Assembly (NCBI GenBank): GCA_042216015.1
Contig: JBDGUI010000032.1
Span: 51,753-72,938 of the forward strand
DNA from: Halodesulfurarchaeum sp.
Lineage (GTDB): Archaea; Halobacteriota; Halobacteria; Halobacteriales; Halobacteriaceae
Length of the DNA stretch: 21,186 nucleotides
Direction of reading: 5' to 3'
Of the stretch, positions 1 to 9,180 are shown in pieces. Within the stretch, counting starts at the first letter, position 1; each line of letters starts with the position of its first letter. The notes under the pieces are model-generated. The model searched no databases. It saw only the letters and a list, made by a program, of their open reading frames with translations, and had not been told where the DNA came from. A program made the translations under genes and the position numbers.

Positions 1-75
1 CCTGCCGGGATGGCCGACCGGATCGAATCCTGCCGGGGAGGGGGATGGCTGGATCCGAATGGTGCCCGAATGAGC

Positions 76-711
76 CTACCTGCCCGTTTCGATATCGGCC
101 CGACCGCTCGTGGCGCTGCGAATCCGCTCTCTGAGCGCTTCTCCCTCCTCGATCGGGACTGTCACCGAGAACGAGACCTGTTCTTGATACTCGGCCTCGA
201 ACTCGGCGTCCGCGGACTCGAGGATGCCCCTGACCGTCCCCGAATCGTCGTAGACGACCTCGATGCCGAAGGTCTCCTCCGGTCTGGCCTCGGTCACGCC
301 GGCGTCAGCCACGGCCTCCTTGACCCCGCGACCGAAGGCCCGGGCCAGGCCGCCGATCCCGAGGTTCGTCCCGCCGTAGTAGCGGGCGACGACCGCGACC
401 ACGTTCTCGAGGTCCTGCTGTGCGAGGACGTTGAGCGCCGGCTTTCCGGCCGAACCAGTCGGCTCGTAGTGGTCGTCCTGGTACTCCCGGAGGATGTACC
501 CGTGCCCGGAGTCGACCCGGACCCGATAGGCCGGGATGATCGTCGCCCCGGAGAACTCGCCCCGAACCGCCTCGACGTAGTCCTCGGCGGCCTCCTTGCT
601 CCGCGCCGGGGCGACGTGTCCGATGAACTCGGAACCCCGGATCTCGAAAGAGGAGCGCCCCTCGCCGGCAACCGTCCTGTAGGGCTCGGGCGCTTCGGCG
701 GGATCGCTCAT
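76..711 (-). CDS. YigZ/IMPACT (UPF0029) family protein with divergent active-site motifs
   Basis: EIRGSEFIG, EPTGSAGKP and RYYGGTNLGIGGLARA motifs, followed by a C-terminal ferredoxin-like domain. The usual ATHN and DDGEP motifs are altered. Confidence 0.9.
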   Translation of the reverse strand: MSDPAEAPEPYRTVAGEGRSSFEIRGSEFIGHVAPARSKEAAEDYVEAVRGEFSGATIIPAYRVRVDSGHGYILREYQDDHYEPTGSAGKPALNVLAQQDLENVVAVVARYYGGTNLGIGGLARAFGRGVKEAVADAGVTEARPEETFGIEVVYDDSGTVRGILESADAEFEAEYQEQVSFSVTVPIEEGEALRERIRSATSGRADIETGR

Positions 712-780
712 CGTCCCAACTGGGGTGGCTGAGAACCTTCGGGGTTGCGGTTTCCCCGGAAAGAGTCGGTCGAACGCCGG

Positions 781-1284
781 TCAGGAGATCTCGATCGACC
801 GAACGAACTCGAGATTCGAGAGTTCGGTGAGCAGATCCCCCGGAATCTGCTGTTCGGTGATGATGTGGAGTCGCGGCTCGTCGGTGAACTCCGGGTCCTC
901 GCTGACCGCCTGGCGAATCGTGATCTCCCGATCGGCCAGGCGGCCCGTGATCGTGGCGATGATGCCCGATTCTCCCGCGCTGGTGACGGCGATCGTGAGC
1001 ACGGTCAGGTCCAGCAGGGGCGCGAGGTCCATCAGGCTCGGGATCTGGGAGATGTTCCGGAAGATCCGCTCGAGTTCGGGATCTGCGAGGATGGCATTCG
1101 TGGTCGTGTCGACGACCCGGCGGTCAACGCCGACCTCCTCGGCGACCTGCGTGTTGGGAATCTCGATCGAGCCCGAGACCACCCGTCCCTCCTCATTCAC
1201 GGAAAACCCCCGCTCGAGCAGGAGCCTGACCACCGCCTGCTGGCCCGGACTCCCCTCGAACTTCTCCATGATGGATTCGAACAT
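781..1284 (-). CDS. ACT-domain predicted amino-acid metabolism regulator (archaeal COG2150-like)
   Basis: N-terminal HTH-like segment (IAEEVGVDRRVV-type: QVAEEVGVDRRVV) and C-terminal ACT-like domain (GIIATITGRLADREITIRQAVSEDP). An alternative ATG at 1311 overlaps the hisB stop (ATGA). Confidence 0.8.
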   Translation of the reverse strand: MFESIMEKFEGSPGQQAVVRLLLERGFSVNEEGRVVSGSIEIPNTQVAEEVGVDRRVVDTTTNAILADPELERIFRNISQIPSLMDLAPLLDLTVLTIAVTSAGESGIIATITGRLADREITIRQAVSEDPEFTDEPRLHIITEQQIPGDLLTELSNLEFVRSIEIS

Positions 1285-1307
1285 CCCGCTCCCGCCCCCG
1301 GCGCTCG

Positions 1308-1898
1308 TCATTCGATCGATCCCTTCGTGCTCGGGGCGTCACTTCGGCGGTCGTCGATCCGGGTCGCGTCGTCGAGGGCGATCCCGAGGCCCTTGAACAG
1401 CGCCTCGATCTCGTGGTGAGCGTTTGCCCCGTCGAATGCGACCTGCAGGGTCATACCCGCGTTCTCGGCGAGCGAGCGCGCGAAGTGTGTCGCGAGGACG
1501 CTCGTGAACTCGCCCACGCGGTCCTGTGAGAACTCGCCCTCGGCCGCGAAGAAGGGGCGCCCGCTCACGTCGAGGACGACTGAGGCGCTCGCCTCGTCCA
1601 TGGGCACGGTCCGATCGGCGAAGCGGCGGATGGCGCGTCGCTCCCCCAGCGCCTCGTCGATGGCCTGGCCCAGCACGATTCCGACGTCCTCGACGGTGTG
1701 GTGCTCGTCGACGGCCAGGTCCCCCTCGGCCCGCACCGTGAGGTCGAGGTAGCCGTGACGCGCGAACGCGGTCAGCATGTGGTCGAGAAAGCCCACGCCG
1801 GTGTCGACGGTCGCCTCGCCGGTCCCGTCGAGGTCGACCGTGACCGAGATCTCCGTCTCGGCGGTCTCCCGCTTCCGGGCCGCTTGCCGTTCGCTCAT
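1308..1898 (-). CDS. hisB: Imidazoleglycerol-phosphate dehydratase
   Basis: [39 protein letters not shown] and PSTKG motifs. ATG at 1898. Confidence 0.97.
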   Translation of the reverse strand: MSERQAARKRETAETEISVTVDLDGTGEATVDTGVGFLDHMLTAFARHGYLDLTVRAEGDLAVDEHHTVEDVGIVLGQAIDEALGERRAIRRFADRTVPMDEASASVVLDVSGRPFFAAEGEFSQDRVGEFTSVLATHFARSLAENAGMTLQVAFDGANAHHEIEALFKGLGIALDDATRIDDRRSDAPSTKGSIE

Positions 1899-1984
1899 AC
1901 CCCAATCCACCCGGGGGACCCATATGACCGTTGTGGACGGGTGGCCCCGACCCCCATGTGATGAACCAGTTGGCCCGCCAGCCC

Positions 1985-2710
1985 CTACTCGACCGCCGAC
2001 TTGGCCGCTTTCAGGGTGAAGTTCCCCTCGTACAGGGCGGTCCCGACGACGACCGCCGCCGCGCCCACTCCCTTGAGCGCCGCGATGTCCTCGATGCTCC
2101 CGACCCCGCCGCTTGCCACCACCGGAATCTCGACGCGTTCGACGACCCGCTCGACCGGCTCGGTTCGAACTCCGGTCTGCTTCCCCTCGACGTCGACGTC
2201 GGTGAAGAGGATGCCCGCTGCGCCGAGAGCCTCGTACCGGCTCGCGGCCTCGGCGGGGTCGAGTCCGGTTCCCTCCGTCCAGCCCGAGACGACGACCTCG
2301 CCGCCCTTCGCGTCGAGACTGACGAGCACGCCGTCCGGGTAGGAGTCGCTGATTCGCTCGACAAGCGGGGGATCATCGAGCGCGGCGGTCCCCAATATCA
2401 CGCGCTCGACTCCGGACTCGAGGAGCTCGAGGGCGTCGGCCTCGGTTCGAATCCCTCCCCCGAGCTGGACCGGCACCTCGACGCTCTCCAGGATCGCGTC
2501 GATGGCCTCGGCGTTCCGTCGCTCGCCCTCGAAAGCGCCGTCGAGGTCGACGAGATGGAGGGTCTCTGCGCCCGCCTCGACCCACCCGGTGGCGGCCGCG
2601 ACCGGGTCTCCATAGGTCTTGCCCGTCCCCCGTTCGCCCTGGACGAGCTGGACGACCTCGCCGTCTTTGAGATCCACCGCCGGGATCACCTCGAAGGAGC
2701 GCTCGTGCAT
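1985..2710 (-). CDS. hisA: ProFAR isomerase (1-(5-phosphoribosyl)-5-[(5-phosphoribosylamino)methylideneamino]imidazole-4-carboxamide isomerase)
   Basis: [41 protein letters not shown] and VGTALY motifs. Confidence 0.97.
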   Translation of the reverse strand: MHERSFEVIPAVDLKDGEVVQLVQGERGTGKTYGDPVAAATGWVEAGAETLHLVDLDGAFEGERRNAEAIDAILESVEVPVQLGGGIRTEADALELLESGVERVILGTAALDDPPLVERISDSYPDGVLVSLDAKGGEVVVSGWTEGTGLDPAEAASRYEALGAAGILFTDVDVEGKQTGVRTEPVERVVERVEIPVVASGGVGSIEDIAALKGVGAAAVVVGTALYEGNFTLKAAKSAVE

Positions 2711-2733
2711 GGGTTCGATTTCGCGGGCCGGCC

Positions 2734-2740
2734 TTTTAAT
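2734..2740 (-). promoter_or_regulatory. TATA-like box for hisA
   Basis: ATTAAAA on the minus strand, 24-30 nt upstream of the ATG at 2710. Confidence 0.5.
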
Positions 2741-2867
2741 TCGGCGCTTGTCGCTTCCCCGGTTTTCATCGAGTCACCCGGTCGGCCAGGCCGTGTCGGC
2801 GGGTTTTGCCGGAGCATGAGACAAAAAGGAAAACTACTATCCCCTCTGCGTGTGAACGATGCTGGTG

Positions 2868-3257
2868 ATGCCCACAGTAGAATACGTCAACTACGAGGTA
2901 CTCGACGACCACGGCTGGGACCTGGACGACGACGATCTGTTCGAAAACGCCGCAGACGCCGGGCTCGACGACGAAGACTACGGAACACTCGACGTCGGCG
3001 AAGGCGAGTACATCCTCGAGGCTGCGGAGGCACAGGGCTATGACTGGCCCTTTTCCTGCCGGGCCGGCGCCTGTGCGAACTGTGCCGGGATCGTCAAGGA
3101 GGGCGACATCGAGATGGACATGCAGCAGATCCTCTCGGACGAGGAGATCGAGGACGAGAACGTCCGCCTGACCTGCATCGGCTCGCCGGCGGCCGACGAG
3201 GTCAAACTCGTCTACAACGCCAAGCACCTGGACTTCCTCCAGGACCGCGTCATCTGA
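2868..3257 (+). CDS. fer: Halophilic-type [2Fe-2S] ferredoxin
   Basis: [10 protein letters not shown] start, acidic N-terminal insertion, CRAGACANC...RLTC cluster ligands, YNAKHLD terminus. 129 aa. Confidence 0.97.
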   Translation: MPTVEYVNYEVLDDHGWDLDDDDLFENAADAGLDDEDYGTLDVGEGEYILEAAEAQGYDWPFSCRAGACANCAGIVKEGDIEMDMQQILSDEEIEDENVRLTCIGSPAADEVKLVYNAKHLDFLQDRVI

Positions 3258-3427
3258 TCGGCGCGCGGATTTTCCCCCGAGCGGGGAGTATTTCGGCTGG
3301 GGAGTGAGAACACGAGCTTCGACTGAAGGGTGAGGGCACGGGGCAGTCCAGTTTTCGAAAGCCTGTTCGACCGCGAATGCTCGGGAGAAGATAACAGCTA
3401 AACCGCGACCGGGCCAGAGATCCACTC

Positions 3428-4423
3428 GTGGACGCGACCATCCCAGACCTCCTCAGGCTGCTCGCGGTCCCGGTCCTCGGCTGGGCCGCGGTTCGGGACG
3501 CCCGGACCAGGCGTGTCCCCAATCGAACCTGGTACCCGCTCGCGGCCCTGGGAGTGCTCCTGCTCCTCTGGGAGGCCGTCTCGATGGGACTCGAGGGCTC
3601 GGGATTCGGCCTGTTCCTCCTGCGGACGGTCCTGGGGATCGGTATCGTGGGTGCGCTCGCCCTGGGCTTCTGGTTCCTCGGGAGCTTCGGCGGGGCCGAC
3701 GCGAAGGCGTTTCTGGTCATCGCCGTTCTCTTCCCGACGTACCCTGCCTACGGGGTTCTCGGCACGACCCTGCCCGTCGTCGTCACCGATCTGGGGATCT
3801 TCTCGCTTTCCATTCTGACCAACGCCGTGCTGGTGGGTGGGACCTATCCACTCGCGCTCGCCGTCGCAAACGCCCGGTCGGGCCACGTCTCCCCACTCGC
3901 CTTCGTCGCCAGGCGGGTGTCCGTTTCCAGTCTCCCGCAGCGATATGGGACGCTTCTCGACACTGACGGCTCGTTCACCCAGTCCGGGCTGGATCTGGAC
4001 GCGTTCCGGATGTATCTCCGATGGCGCCGGACCGATCTCGCCACCCTCCGCTCGACGCCACAACTGGTCGACCCCGGGACACTCCCCCGCGAGCCGGGCA
4101 ATCCGACGGATGGGGCGGTCGAGGTCGAGGGCGCCACGGACCACCTCGACGTGGATCGGACGGGGCAGGCGAACTGGGACGATGGCCCAATCGAGGATCG
4201 CTGGGGGGCAGCGGCGTTCCTCGCCGACATCGACACGACCGCGTACGGCACCGACCCCGAGGACCTCCGGGCGGCTCTCGACCGGATCGTCGAGGCGGAG
4301 TCCGTCTGGGTCTCGCCGGGCATTCCCTTCATCGTCCCGACCTTCCTGGGACTTCTCCTCGCGCTCACGGTCGGGGACCTCCTGTACCTCGGACTTCTGT
4401 GGTTCGGCATCGTCGGTCCGTGA
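3428..4423 (+). CDS. pibD: A24 family prepilin/prearchaellin peptidase (PibD/FlaK-type)
   Basis: Several hydrophobic helices, first catalytic Asp in AVRDARTRRVPN, GGADAK motif, and C-terminal VSPGIPFIVP. GTG start. Confidence 0.88.
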   Translation: MDATIPDLLRLLAVPVLGWAAVRDARTRRVPNRTWYPLAALGVLLLLWEAVSMGLEGSGFGLFLLRTVLGIGIVGALALGFWFLGSFGGADAKAFLVIAVLFPTYPAYGVLGTTLPVVVTDLGIFSLSILTNAVLVGGTYPLALAVANARSGHVSPLAFVARRVSVSSLPQRYGTLLDTDGSFTQSGLDLDAFRMYLRWRRTDLATLRSTPQLVDPGTLPREPGNPTDGAVEVEGATDHLDVDRTGQANWDDGPIEDRWGAAAFLADIDTTAYGTDPEDLRAALDRIVEAESVWVSPGIPFIVPTFLGLLLALTVGDLLYLGLLWFGIVGP

Positions 4424-4475
4424 TCGGTCCCGGCGTCGTCGGTCCGTAATCTGAGCTCGGCATCGTCGGCCGATC
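4405..4475 (+). repeat. Imperfect three-copy tandem repeat of the peptidase gene's 3' end
   Basis: cggcatcgtcggtccgtgatc (4405-4425) and cggcgtcgtcggtccgtaatc (4431-4451) match at 19/21. A third copy starting at 4458 matches the first 12 nt. Confidence 0.7.
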
Positions 4476-4536
4476 CGGTCTCGCCAGCTTCGACGAGGAC
4501 GAAACGGCTATCCGGGAACGAATCCTTCCTTCGGCC

Positions 4537-4902
4537 ATGACTTCCCTCGAGGTCGACCTCGAGTTCGAGGACGGGCTGATCCCCGTCATCGCCCAGGACG
4601 TCGAAAGCGACGACGTCCTGATGTTCGCGTACGCCACCCGCGAGGCCGTCGAGCGAACCGCAGAGACCGGCCGGGCCCACTACTACTCGCGCAGTCGCGA
4701 CGAACTCTGGGAGAAGGGCCAGACCTCCGGACACACCCAGGCAGTCGAGGAGATCCGGGTCGACTGCGACGGTGACGCCCTGCTCTACCGCGTCGAGCAG
4801 GAGGGTGGAGCCTGCCACACCGGCCATCGATCGTGTTTCTACCGGACCGCCGACGGGACCGATGTCGGCCAGGTCGTCTTCGATCCCGAGCATGTCTACT
4901 GA
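4537..4902 (+). CDS. hisI: Phosphoribosyl-AMP cyclohydrolase
   Basis: [33 protein letters not shown] and [10 protein letters not shown] motifs. Confidence 0.97.
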   Translation: MTSLEVDLEFEDGLIPVIAQDVESDDVLMFAYATREAVERTAETGRAHYYSRSRDELWEKGQTSGHTQAVEEIRVDCDGDALLYRVEQEGGACHTGHRSCFYRTADGTDVGQVVFDPEHVY

Positions 4903-6031
4903 CCTCGAACCATCCCGCGAGGCCGACTCGCTCATCGAGGACCTCGAGACAGCACGTCGCGAGCGCGAGCGCGCGATCGAGCGCGTGGAGGAGATCGGCG
5001 AGGACGAACTCGACCGGCTCGAGGAGATCCACGGCGAGTTCACCACCCTGCTTTCGAAGTACGAGGACCGCGCCAGCGGATCCGGCGACTTCCAGGCCTT
5101 CGTCGAGTTCCAGGAGCGCCTCGACGCGTTCATCGAGGACCTTCCAGCCACCCTCCCCGAGCGGGAGACCTTCGAGGAAATCGACGACCGGCTCCAGAAG
5201 CGCCGGCTCACCGAGTCGGACTTCGAGTGGGCCCGCTCCCGCCTGGAACCGGTCGAGGAGCTGCTCGCCCGCCTCGAGGACCGAAGCGAGGCCAAACGGC
5301 AGGTGGCGGCTCTCGAGGGCGAAGTCCAGGAGGCGATTCACGAGACGAAGGCCCGGATCGATCGGCTGGAAACCGTCCGTTCGCTCGGGAGCGCGGACCT
5401 CGACGCCCCGGTCGAAGCCCTCCGCGAGCCCATCGAGCGGTACAACGAGTCGGTCAGCGAGGCCATGGGGAACTTCCGACGCACGGCCCCCGCGCGTGAC
5501 GTACTCTCGGTGCTCCGGCGAGCAGAGCGGTTCCCGCTCGTTCCGGTTCCCGAGCCGCCTGCGGACCTCCTCGAGTACCTCGAATCCGCCGAGGTCGGCG
5601 AGGAGCCGATCCCCACGCTCCTCGAGTACGCCGGGTTCTCCCGATCCAAGCTCGCCCACTACGTCGAGTCGCCGGCGACCTTCGCACGGATCGTCGGCGG
5701 GAACCGGACCTATCTCGACGGAATCGACGCCGAGCCGTTCACCGTCGAGTGGCCCCCGCCTGCGGCCGAGTCACTTCGCTGGCGCGGCCGAGAACTGGTG
5801 GCCCTGCTCGACCGATTTGCCCCGGAGGAGACCATCGCCGCGTTTCGGGAGGCCTTCGAGATGGCCCGGGCGAATCCGGAGCGGTACGCGAGACTTCGGA
5901 AGACCGCGAGAGCGAGATCGGAACTCACCGACGCGGAGCGAAAGAAGGTGGCCGAGGGCGAAATCGAGGCTGAGCTCTCCGCCCAGCGCGACCGCCTCGC
6001 CGCCCTGGAGTCGGCCCTCGAATCGAACTGA
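4892..6031 (+). CDS. Conserved haloarchaeal coiled-coil hypothetical protein (DUF7118-like, from recall)
   Basis: 379-aa acidic helical ORF with host-like codon usage. ATG at 4892 overlaps the hisI end. Motif [16 protein letters not shown]. Confidence 0.8.
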   Translation: MSTDLEPSREADSLIEDLETARRERERAIERVEEIGEDELDRLEEIHGEFTTLLSKYEDRASGSGDFQAFVEFQERLDAFIEDLPATLPERETFEEIDDRLQKRRLTESDFEWARSRLEPVEELLARLEDRSEAKRQVAALEGEVQEAIHETKARIDRLETVRSLGSADLDAPVEALREPIERYNESVSEAMGNFRRTAPARDVLSVLRRAERFPLVPVPEPPADLLEYLESAEVGEEPIPTLLEYAGFSRSKLAHYVESPATFARIVGGNRTYLDGIDAEPFTVEWPPPAAESLRWRGRELVALLDRFAPEETIAAFREAFEMARANPERYARLRKTARARSELTDAERKKVAEGEIEAELSAQRDRLAALESALESN

Positions 6032-6081
6032 TCGGGGCCAGTACGAACCTTCTTAACCGATTGGACAAAACTCCTGTCCGA

Positions 6082-8754
6082 ATGGCTTCGGCCCGGGATC
6101 AGGAACTCACCGACCGATTCGAGACGTTCTATCGCGAGTATCGCAGCGACGCGATCGCCGATCTGGCGCGGCGCTACCCTCGCGAGGCAAAGTCCCTCGA
6201 GATCGATTACGAGGATCTCTTTCGCTTCGATCCGGACTTCGCAGACGACCTCCTGGAGACGCCGCGGCGCTTTCTCGACGCCGCCGAGGAGGCACTGCGG
6301 CTCTATGACCTGCCGGTCGAGAAGGACCTCGCGAACGCGCACGTCCGGGTCACGAACCTCCCGGACCCGACAGAGATCAGGGACATCCGCGCGGAGCATC
6401 TGGGGACGCTGCTCGCCGTCCAGGGCATCGTCCGGAAGGCGACGAGCGTCAAGCCCAAGATCGAGCAGGCGGCCTTCGAGTGTCTCCGCTGTGGCACGAT
6501 CACCGTCGTCCCGCAGGCCGACGGCGACTTCCAGGATCCCTACCAGTGTGACGGCTGCGAGCGCGAGGGGCCGTTCCAGTTCCTCACCGAGGCAAACGAG
6601 ACCGAGTTCGTCGACGCCCAGAAGCTTCGCATCCAGGAGAGCCCGGAGGGACTGGGCGGCGGGGAGACCCCCGAGAGCATCGACATGCACATCGAGGACG
6701 ACATCACCGGCGACGTGAGCCCCGGCGATCACGTCACCGCCACCGGGATCCTCCGGCTCGACGACAGCGACATCGAGTCCACGGATTCCCGGGTCTTCGA
6801 CATGTATCTCGAGGGAGTCTCGGTCACGATCGAGGACGAGGAGTTCGAGGAGATGGAGATCTCCGAGGCCGAGCGGGAGGAGATCATCCGGCTCTCCGAG
6901 GAGTCGGACATCTACGAGCGGATCATCGACTCCATCGCGCCGACCATCTACGGCTTCGAGGTGGCGAAACTCGCGATCGCCCTGCAACTGTTCTCCGGTG
7001 TGACCAAACACCTCCCCGACGGCGCGCGGATTCGCGGGGACGTGCACATTCTTCTGGTGGGTGACCCCGGAACTGGCAAATCTCAAATACTTCAGTATAT
7101 CCGACACATCGCGCCTCGATCAGTTTATACGTCCGGCAAGGGCAGCTCGGCGGCCGGGCTCACGGCGGCCGCGGTCCGGGACGATTTCGGCGACGGTCAG
7201 CAGTGGTCACTCGAGGCCGGGGCGCTGGTTCTGGCGGACAAGGGGGTGGCGGCCGTGGACGAATTGGACAAAATGGCTTGCGTAACTGGAGAAACCCTCG
7301 TCTCACTCGGCAACGGCGAGATCGAACGCATCGGCGAACTCGCCCACGAAAAGGCTGCCGAGGGCTCGATCGAACCGCTTGAAAACGGCCGAACTATCAG
7401 AGATGTGGAGGGACTTTCGGTCGAGACGATGACGGAGGACGGTTCGCTCGAAGAGCGGCCCGTGACTGCAATTCACGAGTACGAGGCACCAGCGGAGCTT
7501 TGTGAGGTCACCCTGGAATCCGGCGAATCTCTGACTGCTACCCCCGATCATCCGTTTTTCGTTCTCGAAGGTGAAGATAGAGTGGAACGGGAAGCAAGTT
7601 CTCTCCAAACAGGGGACGAAGTCTTGGTCCCGCAATCTGGGGAGCGGGTTGCTGATGGGGGTCTGACAGCCGTCGGAGAGGGCAAGACGGCAGGGGACCG
7701 GGTGCCGGACCGAGGCGTTCACTCCGTTCCCGTGGATTCTGTCGAAATCCGACCTCGAGTGGGATTTGACGAACAGCCTGAGTTCGTCTATGACCTCACC
7801 GTCGAAGGGACCCACAATTTCGTCGCCAACGGGATGGTCGTCCACAACTCGGACGACCGCTCGGCCATGCACGAAGCGCTGGAACAACAGAGCATTTCCA
7901 TCTCCAAGGCCGGGATCAACGCCACCCTCAAATCCCGCTGTGCGCTCCTCGGCGCCGCGAACCCCGAACTCGGGCGCTTCGACCGCTACGAGACCCCGGC
8001 CAACCAGATCGACCTCGAACCCGCGCTGATCTCCCGGTTCGACCTGATCTTCACCGTCACCGACCAGCCCGACGAGGAGAAGGACGCCAACCTCGCCGAG
8101 CACATCCTCAACACCAACTACGCCGGCGAACTCAACACCCACCGGACGAAGGTCAGCACCTCGAACGTCTCCGCGAACGACGTCGACAAGGCGACAGAAT
8201 CGGTGTCCCCGGCGATCGACCCGGACATCATGCGGAAGTACATCGCCTACGCGCGCTCGACGTGCTTCCCGACCATGACCGACGCCGCGGAGTCACGGAT
8301 CCGGGAGTTCTACGTCGACCTGCGCTCCCAGGGCACGGGCGAGGACTCGCCGGTGCCCGTGACCGCCCGGAAGCTCGAGGCGATCGTCCGGCTCGCCGAG
8401 GCCTCGGCCCGGGTGCGGCTCTCCGACACCGTCGAACCGGAGGACGCAGAGCGCGCCCTCGACATCGTCGAGACGACGCTCAAGGAGATCGGGATGGACC
8501 CCGAGACCGGGCAGTACGACGCGGATGTCATCGAGACCGGGCAATCGAAGTCCCAGCGGGACCGCATCCGCACGATCAAGGAACTCATCGCCGAGATCGA
8601 GAGCGAGTTCGACGAGGGCGCGCCGATCGAGGAGGTGCTGGCCCGCGCGGAGGAGATCGAGATGGACCGCGCGAAGGCCGAACACGAGATCGAGAAGCTC
8701 AAAACCCAGGGCGAGGTCTACGAGCCGACGACCGAGCACCTCCGGACGACGTGA
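6082..8754 (+). CDS. mcm: MCM replicative helicase, intein-containing precursor
   Basis: Zn finger CLRC...CDGC, Walker A GDPGTGKS, Walker B DELD, AANP, arginine finger SRFD, TARKLE sensor 2 and C-terminal winged helix. Confidence 0.98.
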   Translation: MASARDQELTDRFETFYREYRSDAIADLARRYPREAKSLEIDYEDLFRFDPDFADDLLETPRRFLDAAEEALRLYDLPVEKDLANAHVRVTNLPDPTEIRDIRAEHLGTLLAVQGIVRKATSVKPKIEQAAFECLRCGTITVVPQADGDFQDPYQCDGCEREGPFQFLTEANETEFVDAQKLRIQESPEGLGGGETPESIDMHIEDDITGDVSPGDHVTATGILRLDDSDIESTDSRVFDMYLEGVSVTIEDEEFEEMEISEAEREEIIRLSEESDIYERIIDSIAPTIYGFEVAKLAIALQLFSGVTKHLPDGARIRGDVHILLVGDPGTGKSQILQYIRHIAPRSVYTSGKGSSAAGLTAAAVRDDFGDGQQWSLEAGALVLADKGVAAVDELDKMACVTGETLVSLGNGEIERIGELAHEKAAEGSIEPLENGRTIRDVEGLSVETMTEDGSLEERPVTAIHEYEAPAELCEVTLESGESLTATPDHPFFVLEGEDRVEREASSLQTGDEVLVPQSGERVADGGLTAVGEGKTAGDRVPDRGVHSVPVDSVEIRPRVGFDEQPEFVYDLTVEGTHNFVANGMVVHNSDDRSAMHEALEQQSISISKAGINATLKSRCALLGAANPELGRFDRYETPANQIDLEPALISRFDLIFTVTDQPDEEKDANLAEHILNTNYAGELNTHRTKVSTSNVSANDVDKATESVSPAIDPDIMRKYIAYARSTCFPTMTDAAESRIREFYVDLRSQGTGEDSPVPVTARKLEAIVRLAEASARVRLSDTVEPEDAERALDIVETTLKEIGMDPETGQYDADVIETGQSKSQRDRIRTIKELIAEIESEFDEGAPIEEVLARAEEIEMDRAKAEHEIEKLKTQGEVYEPTTEHLRTT
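7279..7848 (+). mobile_element. Mini-intein (190 aa, no homing endonuclease) in mcm
   Basis: Begins with Cys (CVTGET) after DELDKMA, has block B TPDHPF, and ends VYDLTVEGTHNFVANGMVVHN followed by Ser+1. Removing it restores DELDKMASDDRSAMHEALEQQ. No LAGLIDADG motif is visible. Confidence 0.95.
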
Positions 8755-8817
8755 ACCCCGAGACCAGGACCGAACCTCCGGACGACGATGACTCGGGGCC
8801 GGGACCGAGCACCCCGG
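8730..8817 (+). repeat. Decayed three-copy tandem repeat of the mcm 3' end
   Basis: acctccggacgacg occurs exactly at 8738-8751 and 8774-8787. gaccgagcacc occurs exactly at 8730-8740 and 8803-8813. Confidence 0.7.
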
Positions 8818-8862
8818 GAGGAGGATCCGAACGCTCATTGGCCCGGCGTCCCAGGTCAGTCC

Positions 8863-9141
8863 ATGGACCGCATCGCTGCCCTCCGGACGGTCGAGGACGC
8901 CCTGTCGGCCTTCGAGCGGGGGGAGATCGATCTCGACACGGTGACGGCCCGGGTGCAGGGCACCCTTCGAACCTACGCGACCGAGTTCGAGGACGGGGGA
9001 CTCGTGGCCTACCGCGCCACGGGAGAGCCGGCCGTCGAGGGGCTGGTCGTCGTTGCTGATTCCCCGGGGACGGCCCGCGAGCGGATCGCCGAGCTGGTGG
9101 AGGCGGATCCCAAAACCTTCGACGTCGAACGCGCGGACTGA
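8863..9141 (+). CDS. Small conserved hypothetical protein (DUF7854-like, from recall)
   Basis: 92 aa starting MDRIAALRTVEDAL. Helical N-half, and a C-half with VVVADSPGTARER. Host-like codons. Confidence 0.8.
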   Translation: MDRIAALRTVEDALSAFERGEIDLDTVTARVQGTLRTYATEFEDGGLVAYRATGEPAVEGLVVVADSPGTARERIAELVEADPKTFDVERAD

Positions 9142-9180
9142 TCGAATCCCTTTTTTCGGGGGACAGCTTCGGGGTAACGT

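Noticed and set aside
1..37. cctgccggg repeated at 1-9 and 29-37
   Set aside because: Too short in GC-rich DNA, and truncated by the window edge.
3258..3427. Hairpin and T-runs after fer as a possible small RNA
   Set aside because: Adequately explained as terminator plus peptidase promoter. No recognisable ncRNA structure.
1308..4902. his genes split by ferredoxin and peptidase genes
   Set aside because: Dispersed his genes are normal in haloarchaea.
8730..8817. Spaced repeats as a possible mini CRISPR array near a Cas2-like gene
   Set aside because: The copies are degenerate, derive from mcm coding sequence and lack unique spacers of proper length. No cas1 or other cas genes are present.
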